A DNA stretch of 64,000 nucleotides from positions 54,002,001-54,066,000 of the forward strand of contig OZ241827.1 of assembly GCA_965202585.1 (NCBI GenBank), in the 5' to 3' direction. Under the pieces are notes generated by a model. It was not told where the DNA came from. It did not search any database and saw nothing but the letters and a program-made list of their open reading frames with translations. Positions 14,501-27,100 of this stretch are shown here, in pieces. Made by a program: the position numbers and the translations under genes. The stretch comes from Thalia democratica (lineage: Eukaryota). Within the stretch, counting starts at the first letter, position 1. Each line of letters starts with the position of its first letter.

Positions 14501-17500
14501 TTTTTTATTTAGTAAAGTTGTTTTATAAACAAGTTCATAAAAGTTACTTTGTAAATGAGTTATACATCCTGAAAAACTTAAAAAAGTTAAATTAGAAAGG
14601 TCGAAAACCATCGAAAACACGCAGTAAAAGTTTATTGAAAACAGTTTATTTTTTGACTTTGAAAAATCTGAGCAAGCGGATCCACTGTGCCTTCATCTTC
14701 CTCTCTAATTAAACCGCATTACCTAACTTTCGAGGCGAAGAATGGAAATTAAAAGCAAAGGCATAAACAACAGCAAGAGCTGGAATTTTAATGCGAATTC
14801 ATGGCATACTTTGCGTTGAGAGGCCAGCAGTTGCACAAGAATTCGGGTTTTTATGCCTTAATGCCTCGAAAGACTTGTGGGAACTTTTTTCAGAGCAAAT
14901 TGAATTCAATCAATGTGTGATTGACTGGAAACGCTTTGCTTCTCGGAAAGTAATTTAAACTCGGTCTGTGTGTGCCAATGCGAGCTGATATAATTCATAT
15001 CTGTCTTTCAACTGCCTTTTCTGTGCACTTTCGAGGCATTCAAAGTGAGTTTTAATTACAAAAAGGATTAGTTTTTCTGATGTCAGTTTGTAGCTAAGTA
15101 GCAATTCGAGCAAAGGCAAATTTCAGAAAGTTTGAGTACTTAATTTAACAGTTTTCTCTCCAATTAAAGTACTTGTTGATTAAATTGTTATGTTAATAAT
15201 TTTTACAATTTTAATTTTAAGCTCTAGATTGTTATTAACAGTTATACATTACCTCATCAAAACAAATTTATATGCTTTCAGAAAGTCAACATCAATAACA
15301 AGTGAATATATATTTAGTCTTGAATTTAACTTTATTTACTTGAGATGATTATCAAATATTGACTTTTGTATTTTTTGCAAACAAAATATTTATTCTAAAA
15401 CTTGACTAATAACTCACTTTTTTCTACTTTTCAAAATTATTTTAAAATAAAAAACAACGATTTAAATTGCATGGTTACCACTATATAAATAGACTTCATA
15501 ACTTATATTAAGTCGTCCATAATTTTTGTAAAATCAATTAGTTTTCGTTGTATTTATCTTATAATATGTGTGAAATAAGGTTATGATATTCCAAATTGTT
15601 TTACATAACATTGTTGTTTAAACATTTATACGTGTAAAACTATCCGATATCATACGAAAAAAGTAGTAATTTAAAATAAGATATTTTATAGAGCAAATAC
15701 AAGGTATTTTTTTTTTTTTAATTTTAGTAACAAAACAGCCAGCGGCCATAATAATTAAATTCTATTAAGTTTACTTTATTATGGCTTATGAATGTAGTTA
15801 TAGAATAAAATTAAATAGCTAAATAACAACCTTATAACTTTCTAATAATGACTTTAATGGTTTTGTTTTTATTTTACAAACAATTAAGATTTGTTTGGTT
15901 TTCTATACAGTATAGTATATTTACTTATTTTTTAAAGCTTTATCACTTTTTTTTCTGTTTCTTTTTTAAGTTGTTACTCCGCTTAAAGGGACAAACTTAT
16001 TTAAAATACATAGGTTGACTTGTATGAGAGAGTTAGACTTTTTTATTTTTGTTGAAAAAGTTGAAAAAAAGCATACAAAGATATTTTCTATAGAAATTAT
16101 TTAAGTAAAAATTGAAAACGATAGTAAGTTTTTGCCGAGCGATTAATTTTTTGTTGTCGTCAAAAAATTAAAAAAACAAGTGATTAATTTATTTCATGGT
16201 CTTTTGAACGTTTTAAATATTTTTCTGATAAGATATTTATATTGGTTTTGAGCTTTTCAAGTGCTTAAAAACAGTCATGGGTAGTTAGTTTGAATACATC
16301 TTTTAAACAGTTTAGTTGGTCAAATATTTAATTGACCAAAATAATAGCTATAAAATCAGGTTTATAATTTCTTTTATTCTTATTTTTTACAATTTCTTAG
16401 CAACTTGAGATAAAGTTCTTGAGATATCTTGATAAAAGCTCACTGTAGTTATAAACAAAATATTCAAGTTTCAAGCTAATTTCAAACCTTTGTTTATTCA
16501 AAACGTGATATTTAATCAACTTGTGTTTAATTTATTTAAATTACATCAAAATCAAATAAATAAGTTTAATGAAATGCCTACTGTAACTTTATCAATATAT
16601 TAATAAAATACTCCAATATTTTTATAGACTCTTTTTTGTATGTATAATATATTATAATTTTTCTCAGAAACGTATTAAAAAAAACAAAAAACGCAGTTTT
16701 TCAGACAAAAAAAAAATTGTAATTGATAAAATGATTTTTTTAGGAGTCCTTGGACATATTCGACGTGATTGTCAACTCTATGTACTTTGTGGACATCTCC
16801 ATAATCCTCTTCCTCAACAAGACGGATCTACTGGAGGAGAAGGTCTTGAGGAGCAAAGTGAAAATAGGGGATTACTTTGAGGAATTCGAGGGAGACAGCT
16901 TGAACTTAAACGACGTAAAAAGATTCCTCGTGCACAAGTTAGTTTAATTGATAAGCAGAGTTGCCAAAAAACACGGATTCCTAGAAAAACCTTGAATTTG
17001 ACAATTTAAGCAATAAAAACACCTGGAAAAACCTGGAGTTTGAGAAAAAAAAATCCTTGAAAACCTGGAATTTTGAACAAAATTACTAAAAAACCTGAAA
17101 TAAAAAAAGTTTTATAGATTAGTTTGTTGTATAAGCAGAAAAATGTTATTACCATTTGGTATAAAACTACAGTAAATGATTTTTAATGCTTATATGGTAT
17201 ATCATTAATTATATTTCATGTTTAGCAATTTTGACTTTTGATATTTATTTATTTAGTCATACTTTCCATGAATATTAAAGTTTAAAAATGATGTTCATAT
17301 AAGTTTCCTTTATGTTATATTATTTTTCAAATCAGTAAAAACTAGAAAAATATGTGTTTTATATAATAATTAGAATAAGTTTAATAATTAAATTGATATA
17401 TGTATATATAGTTATACATTCTACAAAACTTCTTTTATATAAAACCAACAACAAAATGTATTTCTTTAATTTAGGATTTAGTTGATAACTGATTTTTTAA

Positions 17501-20500
17501 GCGTAATTATCGAAAAAATCCAAGGCAAGCGTATTAAAGATCAATTTACGCAACTCAGTTTTTCTTAGTATTTTTAAATTTCTGAAATTTTGTTATAATT
17601 ATTTTTGTTTTTATTTTTTTCCATATGTTCAACTAAACATTTCTCTCTTAAACATAACTAATCAGCAATTAATCAATCTTAATTTTTTTCAAATACAACT
17701 TTTTCAAATTAAAAATGTTTTTATGTAGACGAAACATATGTTTTACTTTACTGCATACCAACATAGTTTGCATAAAAAACAAACACCGTGTAAAATTGCA
17801 AACTCACAAATGTTAGAAAATACTTTGATTGGTTAATTGTAAGTACAGTATCTGTTGATGAGACCACCGTGTCAGCATTTACCATAACTTTGCCTCTTAA
17901 TGCTTAACTTCAGTTGCTTGAACAGATTTAATTATAAATTCAGACCACCAACAAAATTAAATTGGACTTTATGATTTTTGACATGCTTGTGATTGGTTTT
18001 AAATTGATCCATTTATATGCAAGTACTTATGGTTAACTGACTATACGTAAAGTTTAAATACCATAAATAAACGTATTGTGATAAATATTTAGAATAAGTT
18101 TTAAAAGCTAGCCTATTTAAGTTTTGTTTTCCATTAAAAATTTAAGTTTTGTTTTTAGTGTTTTTAGAAAGTTGTAAGTACAGTTTGTTTATGCATTTTT
18201 AAGTCTTGGTTTCCTTTTTTGATGACAAAGCCACCTACTACTTAAGTTTAATAGTTCTAAGAACAAATCCCAGTCATAAAATTTAAAAATAACTTGAAGA
18301 AATTAGACTACACGGTTTTTTTCTTCTTTTGTTTGACCTTTTAATTAATCAGCTAATGTGGAACCTCGGAAGCGCATTAAAACTTGATCTGGTGTCAAAT
18401 CAAGAGATGCGCAAAAAGATACTTTTATTCCGAAATATGTTAATTGGCCACAATTCCAATTAAACGCTGGCAGCCTGTTTTTTGCTGTGTACAGTTTATG
18501 CTCGAAAAATAAAGTTTCGCGGCGGAAATAGAATTCAGTTGAAATTTTTTTGTCGAGTTTAGTATGTACTGTTTTTAAAATAAATAACACTGTAATATTC
18601 TTTCAAAATCAATAATTATAATAATGTTTATTAATCAAAGTCGTAAAAGAACAAAAAAATACCGTTTTTAATTAAATTTAGCTGTTGATTTATTACAAAA
18701 AGTAAAATACTTTTTAAAATTAGTACTACTGTCAATTTTCAATAAGAATAATTTCGTTGAACTTAATATATACTATAAATATTAAATAAATTTTCCACTA
18801 AAAAAAATACAATTTATATTAGTTACTTGCATACTTAAAACACATTAGGTACTAAAAAGCAACATATGGGGTTCGTCCCGAAATAACATCCGTGTTTTCT
18901 ACTATTAGAATTTTTACATTTACATCATGAAGTATATCATACGAATTTATTTCTTCCCAATAAAAATTTCCAGTATAAAAGTTTCTATTTTTAACCTTCA
19001 AACTGTTTATTCAGTCAATTATCGGTGGAACCGCTATGAAATTATTCTATGCTCAAAGCTTAATTACGTCTTATGGCAACTTCTAATGTCTGGCTTCCAA
19101 TATTGTCTCCGCTTTAATTACCGACTGAAATTCGGCTGAAATCTCGGTTTTATTTTGACGTTTCGACTTTTCAGCTCTTTAAACGCTCACAGGTGTTTTT
19201 CATCCGCGTTTAATTACCTGCGAAAGATTTATTTCAATCTTTTAGTCTCCATGTTTACTTTTACATAACTTCTTTTTTTTTACATACTCTCTAAGTAAAC
19301 ACATGTGTGTATGCTTTCTTAATAGAATGTTGGCTAAAATTTTTGCTTTTTTTGTACATATTGATTATTGTATATTCGTGTAAAAGTTTTTTATAAAGCA
19401 CTTTTATTACAATAGTTTTTTTACATACACCGTTCAGTGGTAGAAAAAAGGTTCTTGAAACAAAAAGATAAAATACTATTTAACAATCATGTAAAAACAT
19501 ATACACAAAAATATGAAAGCTAAATTAAACAAGAATAAACCAAGTTTAGGAAATGAATGTAATAATTAAGTAATTTAAGTATAAATCAATCATGGTGAAT
19601 TCACTAATTTATTTAGTCTACCAATATTTTAAACTAAAAGTATATCAAGACATCTTATTTTCGTATAGTGCAAGTTTTAAAGAAATTAGTTTTTTATAAT
19701 AGAAGTAGTAGGTTTAAACGTACTTTTTTTATCAACATCAATTTCAGAACGCTTATGATTATCGTTTGTAAAAACACGGTATATGACGATAAGTTTATTA
19801 AGTTTATTTTTTAGAAGCACTTAGTAATACAAAATAGTTATTTAAAAACAAGTTTTGCTTTTTTCAAATTAAATAAATTCACTTGTTTGAGGAACAAAAG
19901 CTGTTTTCAGCTAAATTCTTTGAGCAGGGTTTCCACAAAACCTGGAAAAACCTAAATTTTTTAACAATTTTATCAAGTTCAGTAGTAAAATTTTGATTTG
20001 ACATAAAAAATCTTTTATATAGATTAAAAATTTTTGTCATCATCAAAAAAAAATTAATTAAAGAACACATTTAAAGAAGCTTAACGATATCTGTTCAATG
20101 TTATTATACTATTTAACACAGTTTTTTACCTTAAACTAACTTTAAACTAAAAATAGCCCCAAAAATGTGTACTTTCAAAAACTTGAGGAAGTTTCTAAAA
20201 ACTGAATAAATTTGCGAAAAAACATTTGGCAACCCTGTTTGAGCGTTTACGTTTCAGAGTCGTTCTTGAGTTTCCCTGATTCATAATGATTGCTTTATAT
20301 GAATGTTGTGCTACTTTATATATTTGTTAATAATATGTTTATGTGATTATTACAATAATAATAGATAATATTTTACTCTAATTAGTATCTAAGAAGTCTA
20401 AAATCAACAAGTTATACTTCAATACAAAGCTAACGACCCAATAATCAAATACGTTCTTAAAACAAAAAACTCTCTATCGCCAATGGCGGAGCAAAAATTA

Positions 20501-20666
20501 ACATGAGCCATTTTGTCACAGGTTCGAGGCGCTGAAGCGTAACAACAGCAAGCCGTTCTTCCACCACTTCACCACCGCCATCGACACCAACAACATCAGA
20601 AGGGTGTTCGACGACGTCAAGGACTCGATACTCCACGACAACCTCCAGAACCTCATGCTCAACTGA
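2405..20666 (+). CDS. GNA12/13-like: Guanine nucleotide-binding protein alpha subunit, G12/13 (concertina-like) class; 8 exons, 369 aa
   Basis: join(2405..2536,2815..2961,3551..3754,6954..7004,11771..11902,14255..14359,16744..16937,20522..20666). All introns GT-AG and phases consistent. Motifs: GAGESGKS P-loop, switch [33 protein letters not shown]-terminus [20 protein letters not shown] and [18 protein letters not shown] are G12/13-type. Confidence 0.95.
2815..2961 (+). CDS. GNA12/13-like: G-alpha12/13 exon 2 (P-loop)
   Basis: cag|[34 protein letters not shown], donor GTTAGT at 2962. Confidence 0.95.
3150..3187. repeat. (ATT)n microsatellite
   Basis: About 12 ATT units with one ACT interruption. 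Confidence 0.9.
3551..3754 (+). CDS. GNA12/13-like: G-alpha12/13 exon 3 (helical domain)
   Basis: [15 protein letters not shown]...YDRRREFQL. Frame is missed by the ORF track. Donor GTAATT. Confidence 0.95.
6513..6805. mobile_element. hAT-like MITE copy
   Basis: CAGGCTTGCCA...TGGCAACCCTG with AAAACCTGGAA subterminal motifs. TSD not recognisable. Confidence 0.75.
6954..7004 (+). CDS. GNA12/13-like: G-alpha12/13 exon 4
   Basis: cag|[17 protein letters not shown]|gttagt. Confidence 0.92.
11188..11586. mobile_element. hAT-like MITE copy with 6-bp TSD TTTTTA
   Basis: CAGGATTGCC...GGCAATCATG flanked by TTTTTA on both sides. Confidence 0.8.
11650..11685 (+). pseudogene. Decayed duplicate of the G-alpha exon 5 acceptor and 5' end (pseudo-exon or alternative terminal exon)
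   Basis: ttccag|GATTACGTG reads [14 protein letters not shown] versus true exon 5 [12 protein letters not shown], 121 nt upstream of it. Confidence 0.65.
11771..11902 (+). CDS. GNA12/13-like: G-alpha12/13 exon 5 (switch I and start of switch II)
   Basis: [19 protein letters not shown]...[11 protein letters not shown]|gtaaaa. Confidence 0.95.
13334..13742. mobile_element. hAT-like MITE copy (degenerate right end)
   Basis: CAGGGTTGACA start and shared internal sequence. Confidence 0.75.
14255..14359 (+). CDS. GNA12/13-like: G-alpha12/13 exon 6
   Basis: tag|[35 protein letters not shown]|gttggt. Confidence 0.95.
16744..16937 (+). CDS. GNA12/13-like: G-alpha12/13 exon 7 (NKxD)
   Basis: [11 protein letters not shown]...[13 protein letters not shown]...FLVH, phase-2 donor GTTAGT at 16938. 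Confidence 0.93.
16956..17115. mobile_element. Truncated hAT-like MITE (left part)
   Basis: CAGAGTTGCCA followed by AAAACCTGGA repeats, 18 nt into intron 7. Confidence 0.65.
19925..20237. mobile_element. hAT-like MITE copy with 6-bp TSD TTTGAG
   Basis: tttgag|CAGGGTTTCCA...TGGCAACCCTG|tttgag. Confidence 0.85.
20522..20666 (+). CDS. GNA12/13-like: G-alpha12/13 exon 8 (terminal)
   Basis: [50 protein letters not shown]. Confidence 0.95.
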
Positions 20667-23600
20667 TGTGACGTCGTACATCAGTTGTGACGTCATAGTG
20701 ACGCTCCGGTTTATGTTCTGAAGAAAAAATTGGCACTATGAGTGGAGATTTTTTTTACCATTTTTTTCGCGGTTGAAACGGACCCAAGTTTTATCGTAAT
20801 CAAGAAAACGTTAAATTTTTTGACAATCAAGAATTATTTAGTTTTGATTAAGATTAGTATAAGAAAAGAATTATTTTAATTTTAATTTCAATTATAAGTA
20901 GTTTGAACACATTCTTTAAAGCCTTCTACACCGTTTTAAGCCTTTTTTCAATGTTTTAATCATAAATCGAACTTTAACGGGTACCAACGGAAAGTTGCAA
21001 AGATTTTTTGGAACTGCTGCAGTTTCGTTCGATTTCGACCAATCACGTTATTTTAAAAAACAAGCAAAGCCTAAATAATTTTTATTTATCAATCTCCTCT
21101 TTTACGACCAACTCTTTCTGCTCGTTTCGAATCATGACTATTTGAAAATCACCAGTGCTGACAATTTGAACAAAGAGCCTTTTCAATGAACAGCACCACG
21201 TTGAACTAGTAGTATTTGAACTGAACAATGTTGCTTCCTTTTCTTTTTTTTAATAGTTGTTGCAGGGTTGCCACTCATTTGGGCCAGCTTGAAACCATAG
21301 GAACGCCATAACGACTCGGGCCAGTTCAATATTTAGAAATTGTTAAATAACATTTAATTATTTTGATTTTTTGTTAATTTTGAACTGGTTTTACTTTAGA
21401 TGGCCTTGAGTTAATCTTCTTTTATGAATTGTTTTACGTGTTTTAGTTATTTGTTTGTAATAAACGTTTAAGCTTAACAAACAGGTTTTTACTACTGCAC
21501 TTGGAATTTGATTTTTAATACTAGCTCATGACACTAATTTTTTAAACCAAAAACTCCGGGTGACTCAAGCTTCTTTTAAACACTCAAATATTTCAGACTT
21601 CTTTTTTGGTGATTCCGGCTGTTGTGTTTTTTTTTTCTTTGCTCCGTGAAGTGGCAATCCTGTTTTTACTTACCGAGTATTCAACGTTATAAATGTTTAT
21701 AAATTTTTCTGCATTTTTCGACAGACTATCTACTTTCGAGTGTTTTACGTTTTTTTTTTTTTAATTTCTCCGAACTTTCTTAATTTCTTTGAAGCTTTTA
21801 GTTTACCACTGTGCTTTGAAGTCAAAACAAATCTCAACTACAGAAGTTTTGTTTCAAAACACATTTGATACAGAATAAATGCTAGTTCTTAAGACTTAAG
21901 TACATAGTTGTATCACGCTTACCTTATGTTGTCCTACCTATAAAGAAGCAAACGACAAATACGAAGCGTTCCTTGTTCTTTCTTTGGTCAGTTTAGTTTT
22001 GTTTCAATGTACAACTTTTGTGTCATGGAAGCAATAGTAGAAAAAAGTGTATTGTTATCAAAGTTTTTTATAATTAAATGTTACTTTTGAGATGGTATTT
22101 TATGTACAATCAGCGTTTTTTTTTCTTATCAAATTTTATTTTATGCTATCTTTTAATGCTGCTGTTTTCTTTTGGCATTTATTTATATACTGATACAAAT
22201 TAAGACAAATATCAGGATACTTTAATTAATAACTCCGATGTACTAATAACCTAGTTTGCTGTTTTTTATGCAGTGGTCTAGTAGAGCTTAGATATTAACA
22301 AAAATATTTCTAAAGTATTTCTTTAATAAAACCACATACATCCTGATTTCGTAACAACTTACCTTGGATTTTAACAATTCTTTCCGTTTTTTTCTAATAA
22401 ATAAGTTTTACTTATACTATTTGCTGTTAAATTATTATCATAAAATTTGTTTACTTGTCAGTATTTATTTAATGGTTACATTAAAGTTGTATCAAGTTTC
22501 TTGTATGTTACTAAAAGCCTTTTTAGTTTAAAGTTGTTTTTTAACGAAGTTCAATTTTTTTCTCACAAACTATTTTTTTTAATAGTTATGATTAAATATT
22601 TATGTAATATTTGTGTGACAAAATAAAAAAAAGCAAACTAATATTGGTAATTGTTTACAGTAAAGTATTATTTTTTAGATAGTTTTTTGGATACTTGGTA
22701 TATCTTACATACAAATAATTTTAGCAAACTTTGGAAATAAATTCAAAAAAATATTTTCTGCGTTTAAATCTTTAACTGTTCTTTGCCATCATAGTTTATA
22801 ATTTTGTTTTCAATAATAAACTCTCAAACAAAATAAAACCTTTATAAAAAAGTTATAATTAACTAAGTTTAAAACTTTTTCTTTATTGATGCAATGTTTA
22901 CTAATGATGCATTACATCTTTTAGTATAATCTTTTAAGCTTATCAATAAAACAAATAGCTGATGTTTTAAAACTATAGTTATTTTAAGCTGGTATGTATA
23001 TACTAAAGGTAATGTTTTTTTATGTTTGATATATACAGAGTTCACAAAGTTAAGTTGAGGTTGCTTTTAGTTTACAAGTTCAACTACATTTTAATTTTCA
23101 GCACCTAGGTTTGATTAAAACTGACTTTGATCTATTAACTAATGAAAAATAAGAATTTACTATAAGCCAGTTACATCTTATTAACAACTAAATAAAAAAT
23201 TAAAAGCTGGTTAATAAAGAGAAGGGTAAAAAAATTAAGTTATTTTTAATATTTCGGTACTTAATTAAATACGAATATACTAACAAAATTTTACAGTCTT
23301 AATACTTTCTCACTAAAAACTTTTTTCTAAAGACTAATGTTTTTTCTGTGAACCCGTATCATGTTATTTGATTAAAAAGTTTTTAAAAACTTTTTTTATA
23401 TACCAAACAAGGTTTAATGCCATTAAACTGTATAGTTGATGGTAAAATAAACAACATTAATAAATAAAAAGTTTCAATATTATAATTAACTTTCATGTTT
23501 GATTACAAAAAGTTCGTTATGTGTTTAAAATAAACTTTCTAGAAAACAATAAGAAACATAATTTAGCTCTTAAAAATTGAAAAGAGCAAGACACATTTTT

Positions 23601-24029
23601 CTTTCAAATTAAAAAAAAAAAGTCGTCATAAATAAAACTTTTAGCGTTTAATTGAACAGTTACGATTTTTATAGGGCTAAAAACAACACTTCATAGTTTT
23701 TAAATTGTATAAAACATCAAAGGAATACCAAGTTAAATAACAGTACTAATATTATAACATTTAAATTTCTCAAATCGTCCTGGTATGCAAACCGTATTTT
23801 GTGATTTAAATACAATTAAACATCAAGGTATGTGAAAAACGTTTAGTGTGTGTTTTTGAAGAAGACGCTGAATTACTTAACAAAAAACAGCAAAATAAAG
23901 CAAGAAATAATTTTATATATGCTATCAAATATATATAAAATATGTTCAGTTTATGTTTCTGATCATGTACAGTAAAAAACACTATTTTTCAAATTCTGAC
24001 TAACTTAAAGCAACAAAAACCGCTGAAAA

Positions 24030-24198
24030 TTACTGAACAAAGAACTGCAATACGACGTTCACAACGGACATGATCGACAAAATGATCCCGATGACGAGAT
24101 GCGGCTTCCACACTTCTGATCTCTTCTTCTTAATGTAGACGAAGGTGAGGCATGGGAGGACGAACTGGATGAAGACGACGCACACCGCCCCCACATAC
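24030..24198 (-). CDS. SLC38A9-like: SLC38A9-like terminal exon TM10-TM11
   Basis: YVGAVCVVFIQFVLPCL...SVVNVVLQFFVQ-TAA. Confidence 0.92.
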
Positions 24199-27100
24199 CT
24201 GCGAAAATACCATTTAAAAACGTTCCTCTGAAAATATCATTAAAAACGTACCTGTGAAAATATTTTTTATCATGTAAAAACTTTTAAGCAATATTTAAAA
24301 ACACTTAAAAAAGTTCTAAACTCATCGCACCAACGTATCTGTGAAACTTTCACGCGTAAATGGAAGAATAAATAAATCAACCGGTAGGTGTCAGAAGTGC
24401 ATGAAGCGTCTCTTTTGCACTTTAGTTTAAACAAAAAAGTCTATTTTTGTTATGAATTAGAATTTTTATTTATTTATTGCAAAACAACGTTTAAAAAAGT
24501 AATTAAGGATTATAAAAGTTTTAAAGTATAACAGTTAAAGCTCGTGCAAAAATGACTCCGTGCAATTGTTACCCGTTTCTGAGCTAATCTGTAACATCTG
24601 ACACTTATTTATGTTTATTTCAGTGGTCAAAAATTTCGATAAAAAACAGTCTAACAAAGATTTTTGAAGCATAATTGCCTATTATAGACAAAAATGACCA
24701 AAAGTTTGTAATACATGCTTTAAAAAAAAGTTTTGTAATTACGAAAATGACGTAAAATATAGTATGTGAGTTTATTTAAGTTTTACGCTTGATTTTTTAA
24801 ATAAGAAGTATGCATAAATACAAAAATAACAACTTAATTATTAATAAAACAAATTTTAAATATAAGCGATAAAGTTACTACTTTAAGCACTAAGTTATAG
24901 TAAGTGTAATCCCTGTTTTATTAACTAAAAAAAAAAACTACCTGAGTATATCACCAACATTAGGAAAGAATATGGCGCACAAGACACAAGGTGTTATCAC
25001 ACAAACACTGTATATGAAGTTCAATTTCTTCCTGTTAGCAATGTACTTTCCATTAAACTATAGAATATTTAACTAATTTTTTTTTGACTCATGTAAAAAC
25101 TATCAACAATAAAATATACAAGTTCAAACTAAACAAAATGCATTCGTTTTTGTGCTGAAGTTTAGACAAGTTAAATTACTAACTTTGAATTTTTTGTCGG
25201 TTACTAAGTTAATAATTTTTGTCACGAACAGTATAACTAAATCAAAATATATCTAATAACAACTTTTAACATAAATTCTCAAGTCAAAATGTTTTATTTT
25301 TAAACCATAAGTTTAATGATTGTATATACAGATTTACACCTTAATTAGGTAAAAGTATATGAAAGTTTTAAAGTTATATTTAGCAACAGCCTTCTATAGT
25401 ACATTAAAAAAAAGCAAACTCTATGTAAAACCAATAAAACATTTTAAGCCGTGCAAAAAGTTAAGTAACTGTTAATTCAATTTTTTTTGGTAATATTTAA
25501 AAAAAGATATTATATTTGTAGTCTTAAATAGACAACTAACCCTGTGTAATTTTGATTAGTTTATTTTATAGTTTTTAAAATAAAGGTATATTTAAAGTTT
25601 TAAAGCTGTATGTAGCAATAGCTTTTATTATTATTATAAATAAATATCACAAATATAATACTATGAAATATTATATTTGTAGTCTTAAATAGACAAATAA
25701 CCCTGTGTAGTCATGATTAGTTTTATTTATAGTTTTTAAAATAAAGGTATATTTTAAGTTTTAAAGCTTTATGTAGCAATAGCTTTTATTATTATTATAA
25801 ATAAGTTATTTGAAAAATCAGTAAAAAGCAAAAAGCATACACAATAATATATAACTAAAAGCTGCATTTTTACTTATAAGTCTGTAAAATAATGAAATTA
25901 ATTAAATTCTAAACTTAATTTAGACAACTAACCCTGGGTAGTCTTGATTGCAAATGACGTTGAAAAGTTGAACTCTGAAAATGTAGCTAACAGTTGGAAA
26001 CACTGTCATCATGCGGAATAAAAATAAAACTTGAACCACGATTGAAAACTTGTCGTCCCAAGGAATGTTGTTTAAAAAGTTCTGCTCGAAAATAGATGCA
26101 AAGATATACATTTACATATTTTATAATACAAACTGATTGCAATTAAAAATACTTTTTATGATTAGTTTTATTGATTGTTTTTTAAGTTAACTCGTATTTT
26201 TGTCTGATTTATTAGTTTTGTGAGTATTTATTATGTTCTGCAATGGAAACTAATAAAATTTTGAAAGCTTTGCTCAACTAAACTAGTAAAACAAAAAAAA
26301 GTGTTGTTGATTGCAATAAATTGACATCTGCTCAAAATGATATTAATGAAGTTGAAAATACTCATTTCTTAAGAAAGTAATAAATGACTTTTGAGTAATG
26401 TACCTGACTTATTTCCGATTTTTTTCCCGGGTAACACAGAAAAATTCCCAGGCCGACGAGCAAATATGAAGACAAAGAAAGCAGGTAACTTTTGACCATG
26501 CAGTGAACCTGGAATTTTTAGAAAAACTAAATTATGTTTGGACTTTATGAACCCAACTTTTGAATAACTTACGATTTTACCCTGGTTTTTGTTGTATTTG
26601 AAAACAGTGGTCAGCGAGTTGTGAATGAAAAAAGACATGCAGGCCAGACCCGACAAGGCTGGAAAATTTGGCGTGTAATCTGCGTAAATGATAATTTTAT
26701 AAATAAACTGTTAAAAAAGTAATAACTTCTTAAAACTTACACTGTGATTCAGTAAACAAAAAATATTTTATATTTTCAAACGAAAATGCAGTGGTAGCAT
26801 TTTGTTTAAAACAAAATTCAACAGTGTCCAACGTTTTTCACTTTACACGAAGTGAGAGTAAATGAAACTTTGTTAGACATTTAGAAAATTTTAAATTTCT
26901 TTTAAAGCTTTCGTTTTTTTCAAATGAAACACTATTAAAAAAGGCTTTAACTTTGCACTAGCATTTTACAAAAAAGCATCTCTAAAAGTTGTAAAGTTAT
27001 TTTGATGTTGAAAAGAAACATGAATTTTAATTAAACAAACAAAATAGAAACTCACCAGCCACGAAACAATCGATGTCAAAATATTTCTTTTAAACAAAAA

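Noticed and set aside
20457-20696. 79-aa minus-strand ORF
   Set aside because: Antisense shadow of the GC3-rich terminal G-alpha exon
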